This document shows positions 42,712 to 54,642 of a stretch of DNA of 64,000 nt, one piece after another; position 1 is the first letter of the stretch, and each line of letters starts with the position of its first letter. The stretch comes from Rhynchopus sp. YZ270_cl-10 (lineage: Eukaryota), in assembly GCA_964035575.1 (NCBI GenBank), contig OZ037843.1, positions 1 to 64,000 on the forward strand, read 5' to 3'. A program made the position numbers and the translations under genes. The notes under the pieces were generated by a model, which was given only the letters and a program-made list of their open reading frames with translations, searched no databases and was not told where the DNA came from.

Positions 42712-43704
42712 TCAGAAGTCGATGGCAGAGATGGAGGCCTCAATGCCACACTCGTTCACACCACGTGCGATCTTGAAGAAGCCACCGTCTCCCCACATCT
42801 CGTTCCAGGAGTTCTTCACGGTCCAGTACTTCTGGCCGGCCTCAACACCGTAGCCCACAATCTCGACGGCGTGTCCACCAAGGTAGGATCCGGTGGTGTG
42901 CTTGTACACTCCGCTCTTGTAGGTGGGGAAGTCGGAGTACACCTGGAAGGCCGCAGACAGAGGTCCCGACTGGAGGGCCGTCACGATGTCCTCCTCTCCA
43001 GACACGGAGTAGGCCTTGGCACCCTTCACCTTGTCGGCCTCGTACTGGCCACCGTAGTTCGGGGAGCACGACTCGCTGCACGACGGGGTCGGGTACTCAG
43101 AGGTGGGGCAGGCGGGGTACTTCGAGGTGGCGGGCACGTGGTGTGCGCAGGGCGCAAGGGTGTAGGGGCGGCAAGAGTTCTTGTCCTGGTAGTCTCCTCC
43201 GGTCACAACTCCGGTCTTGGTCATCCACTCAAGGGCGGCTCCCGGCTGTCCTCCGTTGCATCCCATGGAGAACCCACACGCGAATCCGTGGCAGCACGAG
43301 GCAGTGTCCTCAGTGCTCATCAGCTTGTCAATTCCCTGGTGGATGCAACGACGGTCCTCGAACGTCTCGGTGGACCCAAACGCCCAGCACGATCCACACG
43401 ACGACTGGTCACGCACGTGGGAGATCACGCTGCAGTTCGACCACTGGGTGCGTGCGTCAAAGTCGGTGGGGTTGGCCGAGAGTGGCTTGCGCTCGATCTT
43501 GCCCGCCGGGAGGTGGACGTACTTGGGGTGGTCCCTCAGCCATGCGCCGCAGAGGGTCCTGACCCCGTCAGTGCCGTTGAAGCGGGTCGGGCGCTCGGCC
43601 TTCCATCCGCTCTGCACGCTGTTGACCTTCTGGGCGATGGTCTCGAACTCCTCAGCAGAGACTGTGGTGGCCGCAAGGGCCATCAGCATCATACCGCGCT
43701 GCAT
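42712..43704 (-). CDS. Cathepsin B-like cysteine peptidase, second copy
   Basis: Protein appears identical to 32845-33837. Confidence 0.95.
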   Translation of the reverse strand: MQRGMMLMALAATTVSAEEFETIAQKVNSVQSGWKAERPTRFNGTDGVRTLCGAWLRDHPKYVHLPAGKIERKPLSANPTDFDARTQWSNCSVISHVRDQSSCGSCWAFGSTETFEDRRCIHQGIDKLMSTEDTASCCHGFACGFSMGCNGGQPGAALEWMTKTGVVTGGDYQDKNSCRPYTLAPCAHHVPATSKYPACPTSEYPTPSCSESCSPNYGGQYEADKVKGAKAYSVSGEEDIVTALQSGPLSAAFQVYSDFPTYKSGVYKHTTGSYLGGHAVEIVGYGVEAGQKYWTVKNSWNEMWGDGGFFKIARGVNECGIEASISAIDF

Positions 43705-44609
43705 GGTTGTGTGGATGGGTCTGTGGTGGGTGTGGTGTGGTAACAGATTTAGAGTGGGTCACGCCTGAACGGAGCCTAGCCCACTGTGTCGTGTCGTGGA
43801 TGCCTTGTGAGGGTATTTCTCGCGCAGAACATAGCCCTTTCGTGGTGTGACACTTTATTCTCACAATAGGCTCTATGCGCCTTTCCTTCCTACGTGGAAC
43901 CCCCTACCCCCTACCTGTTGTTGTGTTACATGGCGAGGTTCCACATTGCGACTGGGCAGGGGACAGTCCCTTGCTTCCTTCCTCTTGGGGCACAGCCCTC
44001 ACACCTTGCGATGTAAAGTCTTAAAAGAACCCAAGAAAGATCAATGATGATGATGAGAATGATGACGTCACGACGAGAAAAAATCTTAATGTACACACTC
44101 TGTTGATTCTAAAACGGGGGTGAGAAAAAAATCGCGAATAGAAAAATGGGGGAGAAAAGAAACATCGGAATCGCACTTCTCCTTCTCCTTTTTCTTGTTC
44201 CCCACGCCCCGCAAACAATAAAACAATAAAGACAAAAGGGAGAAGTTGTGGTGCAACGCACACACTGATGATGATAATAGCACAACGAGAAAAAACGCTT
44301 CGTTTGTACTGAGAATACCGAATAAAAGAAACGATATTTCTTTGTCTTCTTCGTTTTAGTTTTTTTTTTAAAAAGTTGAAAAGATGAAAAGCTGTTTAGC
44401 TCAAGAAAAAGAGCTGAAAAGTTGTATACAAAGCATACAAAAGGCTTGAGTGAAGAGTACGACTGAAAGATCGAAAATGAAAAAAGCAGTAGAGCGAGTT
44501 GCTTATACGCCCTTGCCTGGCAAGATATATGCTCACACGATTTTTGCATATGTACACCACATTGTTTGTCTCGTTTGTTTTACAAAACATATTTCTTTTC
44601 CCTGGAAGG

Positions 44610-47600
44610 TCATGCCACCCGTTCCGCTGTCTTCTGCAGTTGCGAGTAGTGGTAGTGAGACGACGTCCCCTTGCCTGCTACCAGCCGCAGGACAAAAGTG
44701 TTGTTCGGCGTCACGATACTGTCGAGCGCTTCAAGCTCAGGGCCGCTGCTGTAGCCGTTGCAGATGCCGTTCAGAAGCTTCAGCGCGGTTGTTTCTAAGT
44801 TCGTTTCTCGTGTCTCGACCCCCAGCGTGTCGTCCACACCGCAATTCTCCAGCTTGCCCTCCTCACCTGCTGCACCCCCGTGGCGTCGTTCTTCCTCGAG
44901 CATCGCTGCCAACACACCGTCCGCCTCTCTGTCACTCAGGAGCAGCATGTGGCCTGTCGGAAACGTCAGCACTGCGTCAACCAACCGAAGCGTGCGCAAC
45001 GCTGTCTCTTCGTTGTTCGCGCACACTGTGTTCTTCCAGTTCGACGTGGCACACAGCTTTGCTGACCCCCAGCGAAGGGTTGCTCCCGGAAATGCTGAGT
45101 CCCATATATCCTGAAGGGTGGACACAGTAACAACGTTCCACGGCAGCGTGGCGCAAAACGCCTGCCAGGAGGACGCTGTGGCAGCCAGGCGGTAGTCCCA
45201 CACCTTCTCTGCTAGGGGCTTCATGCTCTCGCGCTCGACCTCCTGTTCGTTCTCCTGCTCCTGCTGTGCCTCCTTCTCCTTCTCGCATTCGCGGTCAGAC
45301 ACAGTTGACTTCACCTTCAGGCCTGACCCCAAGTCTTTGCAGCACCGCAGGATCACCTCACACTCCTTCCCGTATTCACCCACTTTGGTGTTCCGCAGCT
45401 GCTCCTGCACGAGTGGCTCCAAATCCGTCTCAACCAGAGGGTGGGTGTACTTGCTGAGGGGTTGCTGGTCGTCAGCCTGGATGGCACGAGGGTTGTTCTT
45501 ACATTCGTAGTGGAACACGCCGTTGTCGGCCCACTGCGACAGGCCACGTTCCCTCTCCGCTCCTGTGTTCTCGATGACCCAGCCCAGCACCTCTTCGATC
45601 GACGGTGTGCTCTGAGATATCTGTCCCCTGACGTCCTCAGGACACAGCAACATGAGGCCCTGTTGCTGAGGTCCAAGCTGTCTCATGCGGCCTGCACCCT
45701 GCATCAGCATGTCCTTGCGGAGGTTGCGCCCAAGAGTGACAGCACCCACACAGTCTTGTGCAAGCTTCAGGTCGGATCCCCTGCAACGTGCGTTGTCGAA
45801 GATGGCGAAGAAAACGTCGTCGGTCAGTGCGCATTCGTGTCGGATGCTGACGAGGTTTGTGTCTGTGTACATCACCTTCCAGCCTTCCTCGCTGGCTTCG
45901 GTTTCGAAGTACATAACACCTCGTTTCCCTAGGAGTTTGAAGGACGCTTGCCGCAGCACAAAGGCAGCAGCTTCCTTCGGCGGCATTCCTGCCAACAGAC
46001 TGCCTGTGTCAATCAGCGCTCCTGCCTTGCCCGTCACTGCAGCCAACAGAGCTGCTTCCCCTGTGCTCCTGCCCGCCACGTGCCCTATCATGTGCACGGT
46101 GCTGCGCATCAGGTGGCTCAGCATCAGTCCGTTGGTCGCCTTCAGCTCCTCCACATCGGGTTCCCGCTGTGTCACGTAGCTAGGTAGCAGTTGGTGGTTG
46201 TCGTTCGTGCCGGAGAAGCCGACGGAACGGCGGTCAGGAAGGTCCCAGGCAGACATGGACAGCTTCTCGGGATAGGCCACAACCTCTGACGGGAGCACGA
46301 TCTGTGTCATCCAGAAGTTGATGACAGGCATGCTGTACTGGTATGTACTGTGCAGAAGAGCGTGCTGCTCGCGGTTGGTGGGGTCGAGCTTGCGCACGCA
46401 GTCGATGCTGGAGAAGTCAGACGGCTGCGACGCCACAGACGCAAACCAGCTTTTGTAGTAATAATTCTGCGCACCGTCGCTCAGTTCGAGCAGCTTGCCC
46501 ACCGCCTCACCCACCTGCGTGGTGTTCAGCCCATCGTAGTAGTGCGCCAGCATCGTGTGCAGCACCATCACGTCAGGGTGACTGAACTCAGAACGTTCTG
46601 TCGGCACGTCTGCCGCCTTGAACGGCACAGCAAGGTTGATCTTCCTCTTCTCATACGCGACACCGTACTCCACTCTGTGCCGCTTTGTCAGACAATGCGC
46701 CAGCAACTCGTGCGCAAACAACCCACGGAGACACATCAGCTGCAGCCGTTGGTGCTCCAGCAGGGCGAAACGCATGTCAGCCCCCTTCGACCCATTCAGC
46801 ACGCTGTCCTTAACCATCGCAAGCGCCTCTGCACTGTAGTCCTTTAACCAACGAAGGCACCACGGTGCACCGTGTTGCTTGATCTCCTCGCAGAGGAGGT
46901 CAAGCACCACACGGTTCAGCTGTGCTACGTTCGCATCGTGCGTGGACCGCCCATCCACCAGTCTGAAGCCTTGGAACCGGTCGATGCCTTCTCTCACCTC
47001 GATGACTGCTGCGATGTTGTCGAGCGTCTTCCCCCGCCTGTTCAGTGCTGTCAGCACGGCAGCTGCCACTTCGTACCGTATGGCGCCGTCCACCAAGCTG
47101 TCGCCCTTGCCCACTGCGTACACAAGCTGGTATCTGTGATGGAGCAGCTCGTCGCTCTCGTCCAGGATCAGTGTTCCTGTCTTGTCCATTGTCTGCAGAT
47201 GTCTCAGAAGCTTCGCTTCTGCGGGTTTGTCGTGCATGGCCAGCTCGTGTCGTTTCAGACAGAGGCTGAGCTTGTACTCTGGCACTGAAAGCACCACACC
47301 CCCCGCACGTTGCGCTTCCCTCCACTCACCTTCAAGAGCTGGCACATCAAGTTCGATGTTTCGGTGGAACGGCAGCATGTACACCCGCAGGTTCCGTGTG
47401 CTTGCCGTCAGGGTGTTAGACAGGAACCCCTGTCCTTCCTTCAGCAGCGAACGTAGGAACACAATCTGCGGCAGGATCTTCTCAGCTTTTTTTGCATCCA
47501 GGCGGGTCAGCTCCAGCAGCAGCATCGGGAGGATGACTCGTGTCTTCCCCAGCCCCATGTTGAGCTGTGAGATCGAACCAGGGTGGTGCAGAAGGTGCTT

Positions 47601-50600
47601 AGCGAGGTCATATTGGTGTGGGCGGATCTGCAGCGAGCCTTCTGCCTCGAACACCAGCCAGTGCGGGTGCTCGTCTCCGTCCCAATCTCTCACGCACCGA
47701 AGCTCCTGCACTATCTTGGCGCGGGTGTTGTCGCCTTGCACCAGCCGCAGGATCCTTTCGAGTTTGTCCTCCAGCACGCACAACTCCAGCAGACGGCGTG
47801 CATCGTTTTGCAAGATGACACGCTGCTGGTATGTCAAAAACGGATTCAATTCGTGCGAAGGCGAGAATTCCACAGTGCCCGCCAACAGAGCCATATCCCT
47901 GAAGGTGACGGTGGGCACTCCATTCACGCAGTGCAGCAACTCGAACGACGCTGAGTGCCTCTTCGCCTGCTCGGTGGTACAGTCCGTGATGCGCTCCTGC
48001 AGGCCTGCACGCTTGGCTGACACCTCCTCCTTCAGGGAGGTCACGTACCCACTCAGAAACTCCGGTGAGGGCACATCATAGCTTGCAGTGCGGTGGTGGC
48101 GCTCCCAACTGTCCTTCAGCTCAGCACACAATCCGGGGTAGTTTGGACACGTGAACGGAAAGGAGGGTGGGACGAAGCCGGGCTCCTGTTCCGTTGCCTT
48201 CAAAATCCTGCGCAGGCCCAACTCCACCTTCTTCACGTGCTCTTTGATGTCTCCCGGGTACTCTTCCAGTGTGCACTCGTGGTCGTTCCGGATTTTCAGG
48301 TCAACCGCTTTGCGGTCCATTGGGGATGAGTGCAGCTCCCACGTGGAGAGTGCATGCCGCCAGTTCCTCCCAGGTGCTCTGCCGTATTCAGTTCGTGCCT
48401 CCTGCAGTCGTGTCGTCGAGACACTACTCTCTGGCCTGTCCTTCTCCCACAGCTTGCACTGCCGGAATGACGAGCGTAACAGGTCGTGGCAAATCAGAGT
48501 CAGCACCGGCACCTCTTCGCCAAAGTCCGCCACATTGTCCAGCAGCTGCATGTCCCCAGCACTCAAAGGCTCGTTCGACCAGCACTCCCGACACAGTTGC
48601 ACTGCAAACTCCACCGCAGTCATCCCCATCCACTGCTCCACCACCAACGTCCCTGACGCCGCAAACACAGCAGCAAGGTAGAGACGCATCGTTGTTGTTG
48701 CCGCCTTCAGTTGCCTGAACCGCACACACAAGTCGTACGCAAAGCATTTGAACGTGCTCGTGCTCGCCCCATCCATGGCAACCCATGCACCTTCTTCATC
48801 CTGCACAATCGTCCCGCACGGAATCAACACCCTAGTGCTGCCTGCCGTCCCCTCTAACACGAGGTAGTTTTGGAAAAAGAGGGGAACACACCCGTGCTGC
48901 TGCTCGCTGCTCAGTCGCATGTTGGGGTGCTGTTCGGAGCGCACGGTGTCTCCCTCCACCCACCACGACAGCCGGAGGCGAGGAAGCCGCACCCACAGCA
49001 CCTCATTCTTGTCCACAACTGCATGCATGTGAACGTGCTCCTCGACCCTCTCGAAGAGCGGGACCAAGGAGAGCGGCGCTGCCACGAATCTGCTGAGGTG
49101 GCCCTCAGAGAGCAGAGAGAGGATGTGCTTGTACGGCTGGTCCATCTCTGCAGCTGGCACCTCGTGGACGACAGCGTGCTCCGGTGCTCCTGTCGCAGAG
49201 AGCGTGTACGTCATCAAGTACTGCACCCTCTTGTTGAGGTACGACTCCTCCCTGAACCACAGCGTCTGTCGTGTTGCGTCGTGCCAGTGGGTGTGCAGGT
49301 CGACGAGCATCTTCGGCAGGTTCGCCACACTCCACTCCGCCTCCTGCAAGTTCACAAGCTCTGATTTGCTGTCCTCTCCATCTTCCTCCCGAATCTCGAA
49401 GATCCGCACCCTGCCGGTGCGGCTGCAAATGCAGAAGTCGTAGTGGCAGTTTGTTTCGTCCCGCTTCAGTGTATTAAACGTGGCACCGGACGCGCTCTTG
49501 CTCACTTCGAAGTTCCGCGTCTCGCCAAAGCTCCTTTTGTACAAGGCACACTGCGTCACCTCGTCAGGCAGGCCGCAAGGAGGGTATCCGTTCAGCAGCA
49601 CAGCCCCCTTTAGCAGGTTCACAGAGTAGTGGTTGTCCTCTGCTACGGCTTCAAAGCAGCACGTCGCCGTTCCTGTCGACGCGTCAAACAGGTTTTTCCA
49701 GCCGGCAACATGTTCCGGCATCCTGCCGAAGATCTTCCGCAGCCCTGGAGTGATCACTGTGTCAGGGTCCGCCTGTGCGTGAATCATCACATCGCTCAGC
49801 CTATGTGCTGCAACCCGTCGCACAGTCGCCAATGACTCCGGATGCTCCTCGTCCGACCTGGCGAGGCACTGACGGAACCTGAAGAGCTCCTCCACAAGCA
49901 GAGCCGCGTCTGCAGCAGTCAGCTTCGGGACAAGAAAGCAGCGTATGGCGTACGCAGTCATCACAGCCTCCTTGTCCTTGTCGCCCACCTCCTGCACATC
50001 CTCAAACCCGCAAACCTCTCTCCACCTGGCTGCCACCCCCCTCCACAGAAACGGAAGCCTCTGACCGCGCGGATCCGAGGAGAACTGGCTGATGAAGCAA
50101 GACAGGTCTGCCAGCACTGGGAACCCCTTGTGATCCCGAGGGCACTCACGCACCTCCTCCGCGAGCTGTGCAAAGGCAGCGACAAGCTTTTCGACGAGAG
50201 GATCAGAAGTGCGGAACAGGTCTTCAGCTGCTTTGAAGGGATCACCGTCTTCCTTCCTCGCAAACCCCTCTGTGAAGGCACCGAGCTGGTGCGCAGAGTG
50301 GCGCAGCAGCTCAGCCACACTCGCCTCTGCAAACGGGAGGGAGCGCTCCGTCACAATCCTGAGGATCTTCCTCCACACCGAGGACGAGAAGGACCTCACA
50401 CCTGCGAAGGCAAGGTACCCCTTCACTGTGAAGGCATGTGGCTTCAGGTGCATGGTGGCGTACCCTCTGTTCCCTGCAGTGTGCTCCTGCTCCGACGATG
50501 AGTCTTCAGGTGGGAGGAAAAAAGTCGCGAACTCCGGACGCAAACCCTTGACCTTGGCCTTGCTGTAGTACTCTACGGTGCTGCTCTGTAACACAGCGAA

Positions 50601-52628
50601 AGGGGTGTCCTGTGCCCACAGTGTCGACCCGACGTCTGGGTACCACGTTACCTGAGTAGCCGACCAGATGTCCTCAATGTCAGAAGGGCCGTAAAAGGAA
50701 AAAGGCGCGTGAATTTCCGAGGTGGGGGTAAAATGGACATCTCTCTCGGCAGGCGATTTGAATGTTGAGCGCTTGTCGTAGTGGGTGGCCCAACTTCCGC
50801 GTGAATGCAATTGTCCCGTCGTTCCTGGGCTTCCCCTCGAAAGCATCCGCTGCGAGTTGAAGGAAAGGCACATCAGCACGTCAAGATCTTGGTCCATCAG
50901 GATGTAGAAGAGAACGGGATATGCGTGGCGTTCCCGTTCCGGCAGCGGGCACGCAATGTACTTCGGGGGCACCTTGGTGCTCTGTATAGTTTGCTCCAAA
51001 TTCTGGATTCGTTTCTTTTGTGCTTTTCTTTGGGAGGAGGTGCTAGATTCAGTTGCCCTTTCGTCGTCCAGTTCTTGCCTCCAGTACACAAGCTGTTGCT
51101 TCTTCTCCTCCAGAGCCTTCATGTACTGTGCTTGCTTGGCAGCCACCTCGGCGCGCTCCGCCTTCCATCTCTGCTGGATCTCTGCAGACCCTTTTGCATA
51201 CTCCCACGCAAAATCCATCGTACCTTCAGCACTCGAGCCTTGCAGCGAGAAGACACGCCGTCCGGCCTCCGACGAGAATCGTTGCAAGTACTTCGCGAGT
51301 TGCTTCACCTGGGTGCGGGTTTCCTTCTTGTCCGTCGACACGTGGCTCAGTGAGGTGTATTCCATTGCAACTCCGTAACGCGCCAGTATGGGCCACCTCT
51401 GGACACACATGTGGTGCACGACTACGTACGCCGACACAACCACAACCATCTCGTGGCTGCGGGAAATCAGCGACGCACCCTTGACAAGCGCCTGGTATCT
51501 TTTAACAATCTCTTTGATGCTGTTTGTATCGCACTGGAAAACCAACGCCCCACCGGCTGAGACTGTGGAGACGAGGCGTGCAAAGTACTTCTCCACACTG
51601 GCCACCGCCAGTTCAGGGAACGCCGCAGAGTTGTTATACATCCACCAGTTCAAATGTACCGCACTACAGTCGTTCACAAGCGGCATCTGTCCTATCGCTT
51701 TCGCAGCTCTGGCTGCTACATCCTCATTCGCGACTGAATCGCTTGGCGGTGGGATGAGGGCAAGGCCAACATCAAGCACAGTGTGTGCCCCGATCTCCCC
51801 GAGTCTGCACTCTTCTGCACCCTCGTCCGCCTGTCGTTGCAGAAGAGCATCGAGGTCCCGTTTGCATGCAGACAGAGGCTCCACGACATCGGCGTCAATG
51901 TCCTTGCGGTCCTCGGTGTACAGCAGTGCACGGCTCACTGCGCTCTCCATGATCCCGACGACTTCGTTGCACTCCCCTTGGCTGAGTGGGGTGAATGCAG
52001 CCTGGAGCCAGGTCTGCGCCATCCACACATCGAAGTCCAGCAACAACCTGTCGCTCAGACATTCCCCCAGCAACCGTGGCAAGATGCCACAAGATATCAG
52101 AACCCAAGGCCACGACGGCTGAGATGCTGCCGAAAAATCAGACTTGCAAACCTGGGGCACCGTTGTCGTCTCCGTTGCCGCCATCTTCCCTGCACACTCG
52201 ATAAACTGCGGTGAGGCCTTGATGCCTTTCCACTCTTTCCTTAGCTGAGCGAGGGCAGCCTCAAACCTCTCGTCAAACTTTTGCATCTCAGCCTCGGCCA
52301 CATCCCCGATCGCCACTGTTTGACACCCACACCAGTCACTGCCGTGCTCCAGACGACCTACACTAACTACCTCCAGAGAGCAGACATCATCCACATCACT
52401 CCTACTGCACAACAGCACACACCCATGCTGGTCGTATTGTTGTTTGATGTTGATCGTCACCCCGTCTTCGCGCACATGGTTCTCCCCTACAAGCGTAGCC
52501 ACAGCGCCTTTTGCACGATCGGAGTCCTCTCCTAGCGTTGCACACTGCGACACAAAACCCTTCAATAGACATGTCAACGAAGAGAACGACTCTTCCTTGT
52601 ACACACGGCGTGTTGCGTTTGGATGCAT
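44610..52628 (-). CDS. 2672-aa DUF3638/DUF3645-like protein with SF2-helicase-like P-loop region
   Basis: WLVFEAE..IRPHQ, QLNMGLGKT (Walker A-like), ILDESDELL (Walker B-like), RHRVEYG..AVPFKAADVPTERSEFSHPDV, GFSGT, RGSDLK, QGAGRMR. Confidence 0.82.
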   Translation of the reverse strand: MHPNATRRVYKEESFSSLTCLLKGFVSQCATLGEDSDRAKGAVATLVGENHVREDGVTINIKQQYDQHGCVLLCSRSDVDDVCSLEVVSVGRLEHGSDWCGCQTVAIGDVAEAEMQKFDERFEAALAQLRKEWKGIKASPQFIECAGKMAATETTTVPQVCKSDFSAASQPSWPWVLISCGILPRLLGECLSDRLLLDFDVWMAQTWLQAAFTPLSQGECNEVVGIMESAVSRALLYTEDRKDIDADVVEPLSACKRDLDALLQRQADEGAEECRLGEIGAHTVLDVGLALIPPPSDSVANEDVAARAAKAIGQMPLVNDCSAVHLNWWMYNNSAAFPELAVASVEKYFARLVSTVSAGGALVFQCDTNSIKEIVKRYQALVKGASLISRSHEMVVVVSAYVVVHHMCVQRWPILARYGVAMEYTSLSHVSTDKKETRTQVKQLAKYLQRFSSEAGRRVFSLQGSSAEGTMDFAWEYAKGSAEIQQRWKAERAEVAAKQAQYMKALEEKKQQLVYWRQELDDERATESSTSSQRKAQKKRIQNLEQTIQSTKVPPKYIACPLPERERHAYPVLFYILMDQDLDVLMCLSFNSQRMLSRGSPGTTGQLHSRGSWATHYDKRSTFKSPAERDVHFTPTSEIHAPFSFYGPSDIEDIWSATQVTWYPDVGSTLWAQDTPFAVLQSSTVEYYSKAKVKGLRPEFATFFLPPEDSSSEQEHTAGNRGYATMHLKPHAFTVKGYLAFAGVRSFSSSVWRKILRIVTERSLPFAEASVAELLRHSAHQLGAFTEGFARKEDGDPFKAAEDLFRTSDPLVEKLVAAFAQLAEEVRECPRDHKGFPVLADLSCFISQFSSDPRGQRLPFLWRGVAARWREVCGFEDVQEVGDKDKEAVMTAYAIRCFLVPKLTAADAALLVEELFRFRQCLARSDEEHPESLATVRRVAAHRLSDVMIHAQADPDTVITPGLRKIFGRMPEHVAGWKNLFDASTGTATCCFEAVAEDNHYSVNLLKGAVLLNGYPPCGLPDEVTQCALYKRSFGETRNFEVSKSASGATFNTLKRDETNCHYDFCICSRTGRVRIFEIREEDGEDSKSELVNLQEAEWSVANLPKMLVDLHTHWHDATRQTLWFREESYLNKRVQYLMTYTLSATGAPEHAVVHEVPAAEMDQPYKHILSLLSEGHLSRFVAAPLSLVPLFERVEEHVHMHAVVDKNEVLWVRLPRLRLSWWVEGDTVRSEQHPNMRLSSEQQHGCVPLFFQNYLVLEGTAGSTRVLIPCGTIVQDEEGAWVAMDGASTSTFKCFAYDLCVRFRQLKAATTTMRLYLAAVFAASGTLVVEQWMGMTAVEFAVQLCRECWSNEPLSAGDMQLLDNVADFGEEVPVLTLICHDLLRSSFRQCKLWEKDRPESSVSTTRLQEARTEYGRAPGRNWRHALSTWELHSSPMDRKAVDLKIRNDHECTLEEYPGDIKEHVKKVELGLRRILKATEQEPGFVPPSFPFTCPNYPGLCAELKDSWERHHRTASYDVPSPEFLSGYVTSLKEEVSAKRAGLQERITDCTTEQAKRHSASFELLHCVNGVPTVTFRDMALLAGTVEFSPSHELNPFLTYQQRVILQNDARRLLELCVLEDKLERILRLVQGDNTRAKIVQELRCVRDWDGDEHPHWLVFEAEGSLQIRPHQYDLAKHLLHHPGSISQLNMGLGKTRVILPMLLLELTRLDAKKAEKILPQIVFLRSLLKEGQGFLSNTLTASTRNLRVYMLPFHRNIELDVPALEGEWREAQRAGGVVLSVPEYKLSLCLKRHELAMHDKPAEAKLLRHLQTMDKTGTLILDESDELLHHRYQLVYAVGKGDSLVDGAIRYEVAAAVLTALNRRGKTLDNIAAVIEVREGIDRFQGFRLVDGRSTHDANVAQLNRVVLDLLCEEIKQHGAPWCLRWLKDYSAEALAMVKDSVLNGSKGADMRFALLEHQRLQLMCLRGLFAHELLAHCLTKRHRVEYGVAYEKRKINLAVPFKAADVPTERSEFSHPDVMVLHTMLAHYYDGLNTTQVGEAVGKLLELSDGAQNYYYKSWFASVASQPSDFSSIDCVRKLDPTNREQHALLHSTYQYSMPVINFWMTQIVLPSEVVAYPEKLSMSAWDLPDRRSVGFSGTNDNHQLLPSYVTQREPDVEELKATNGLMLSHLMRSTVHMIGHVAGRSTGEAALLAAVTGKAGALIDTGSLLAGMPPKEAAAFVLRQASFKLLGKRGVMYFETEASEEGWKVMYTDTNLVSIRHECALTDDVFFAIFDNARCRGSDLKLAQDCVGAVTLGRNLRKDMLMQGAGRMRQLGPQQQGLMLLCPEDVRGQISQSTPSIEEVLGWVIENTGAERERGLSQWADNGVFHYECKNNPRAIQADDQQPLSKYTHPLVETDLEPLVQEQLRNTKVGEYGKECEVILRCCKDLGSGLKVKSTVSDRECEKEKEAQQEQENEQEVERESMKPLAEKVWDYRLAATASSWQAFCATLPWNVVTVSTLQDIWDSAFPGATLRWGSAKLCATSNWKNTVCANNEETALRTLRLVDAVLTFPTGHMLLLSDREADGVLAAMLEEERRHGGAAGEEGKLENCGVDDTLGVETRETNLETTALKLLNGICNGYSSGPELEALDSIVTPNNTFVLRLVAGKGTSSHYHYSQLQKTAERVA

Positions 52629-54642
52629 CTGGTAAGGTGGTGCGTATTTACGCCCTCAGGGGTGTGCTGATGAGAGGGTTTAAGTTTAAATTGTTTGTTT
52701 TCTTTTTTGTGATGTTCGCTGTGTGGTGGAAACTTTTTATTTTTTGTGTGGGGTGGGGTGGGAGGATTGTACGGTCGAAGAGTTACGGAACTTCAGAACT
52801 TCGGGTGATTTAAAAGGAGGAGGCTTTTTTTGGGAATTACTGGTAGAGTGGCAGTATCTCGCTTTTTCACACGCTATGACTGCACCAAGTGTGGGTCACC
52901 TAACAAGTTAAAGGGGGGGTGGGATAATTGTAGTGGGGGATAACTGTAGAATGGCGGATAAAAATTGAAACCGCACCCTACTTTTCCTTTTTATGTTTTT
53001 CCCCTACCCCCGAAAACAATAAAGCAATAAAAACAATAAAGACAAAAGGGAGAGGTTGGTGAAACGCACACACCTCGACCTGTCGGTGAAATGTGGCTCT
53101 ACTCCAACCCGCCCCGGATTAGAAAAATGGAAAAAAGGATGGGAGTAGGGTACGATATTCAATTTCCTTTTAGCATTGCATGTAATCATAAAAAATATCG
53201 CCAGTTCTTCTCAAACAATGGGGGATAGTTGTAGTGGGGGATAAAAAAAAAAATATCTCTCTTTTTTCCCACCTGAATATCCCCATCCCCAAGGAAAATC
53301 CACACCAAAAACGCGGTGTGGGAAATGGGGGATAACTGTAGTGCCATTGTAGTGGGGGAAAAAATAAAATAAAACGGGGGGATAATTGTTTTATCCCCCC
53401 CCCCCTTTAATGCAAGGCACAAAAAAAAAAGGGAGTAAAACGAGTGAACAAGTCTGTGGTGGGTGTGGTACGGTGACAGATTTGGAGTGGGTCACGCCTG
53501 AACTGTGTGGATGCCTTGTGAGGGTAATTCTGTGCACCCTTTCGGTGCGGTATGCCACTTTATTCTCACAATAGGCTCTATGCGCCTTTCCTTCCTACGC
53601 GGAACCCCCTACCCCCTACCTGTTGTGTTACATGGCGAGGTTCCACATGGCGGGACAGTCCCTTCCTTCCTCTTGCGGTACAGCCCTCACAGTCTGAAAA
53701 GAACCCAAGAAAGATCATGATGATGACGACAGCACAACGAGAAAAATAAAATCGATACCGCACTCCTACTTCTCCCGCAAACAATAAAACATACATTCAT
53801 ATACATACTATTTATAACACAAACAGTAAGCACTAAAGGGAATAAAACAAATAAAAACGATAAAGACAAAAGGGAGAGGTTGTGGTGCAACACACACACT
53901 GATGATGATGATAGCACAACGAGAAAAAAACGCTTCGTTTGTACTGAGAATACCGAATAAAAGAAACGGCGTTTTTAAAAACCAAAAAGCGAATAGGCGG
54001 GTTGAACGTTATTGACACTGTGTGCCCACAACGCCTTCCTTGTTGCTGCCTCGTACTGCGGTTACTTGTTGGTCTACGCAACGGGGTTACACATGGGGAC
54101 AGCAGCCCTGAATCTTTGACACAAGAGGATTACACAGACAGCACATACCTCCCCTCACGACACTGGCAGGCGTGCCCTTGATAAAAAAGGGGGCACTCCT
54201 ATAGTATAGTATACTATTCCTGTCTTTCCGGCAAACAATAAAACAATAAAGACAAAAGGGAGAGGTTGTGGTGCAACACACACACTGATGATGATGATAG
54301 CACAACGAGAAAAAACGCTTCGTTTGTACTGAGAATACCGAATAAAAGAAACGGTGGTTTTTTTGTTTTCTTCGTTTTTGTTTTTTTGAAAAGTTGAAAA
54401 GATAGTTCAAGAAAAAGAGCTGAAAAGTTGTATACAAAGCATACAAAAGGCTTGAGTGAAGAGTACGACTGAAAGATCGAAAATGAAAAAAGCAGTAGAG
54501 CGAGTTGCTTATACGCCCTTGCCTGGAAGATATATGCTCACACGATTTTTGCATATGTACACGAAAATTTGACACAAAACAAGAGCGACACATTGTTTGT
54601 CTCGTTTTTTTTTTACAAAACATATTTCTTTTACCTGGAAGG

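Noticed and set aside
50003..50016. CAAACCCGCAAACC repeat-like match (also at ~60036)
   Set aside because: 14 bp inside an intact ORF; compatible with chance.
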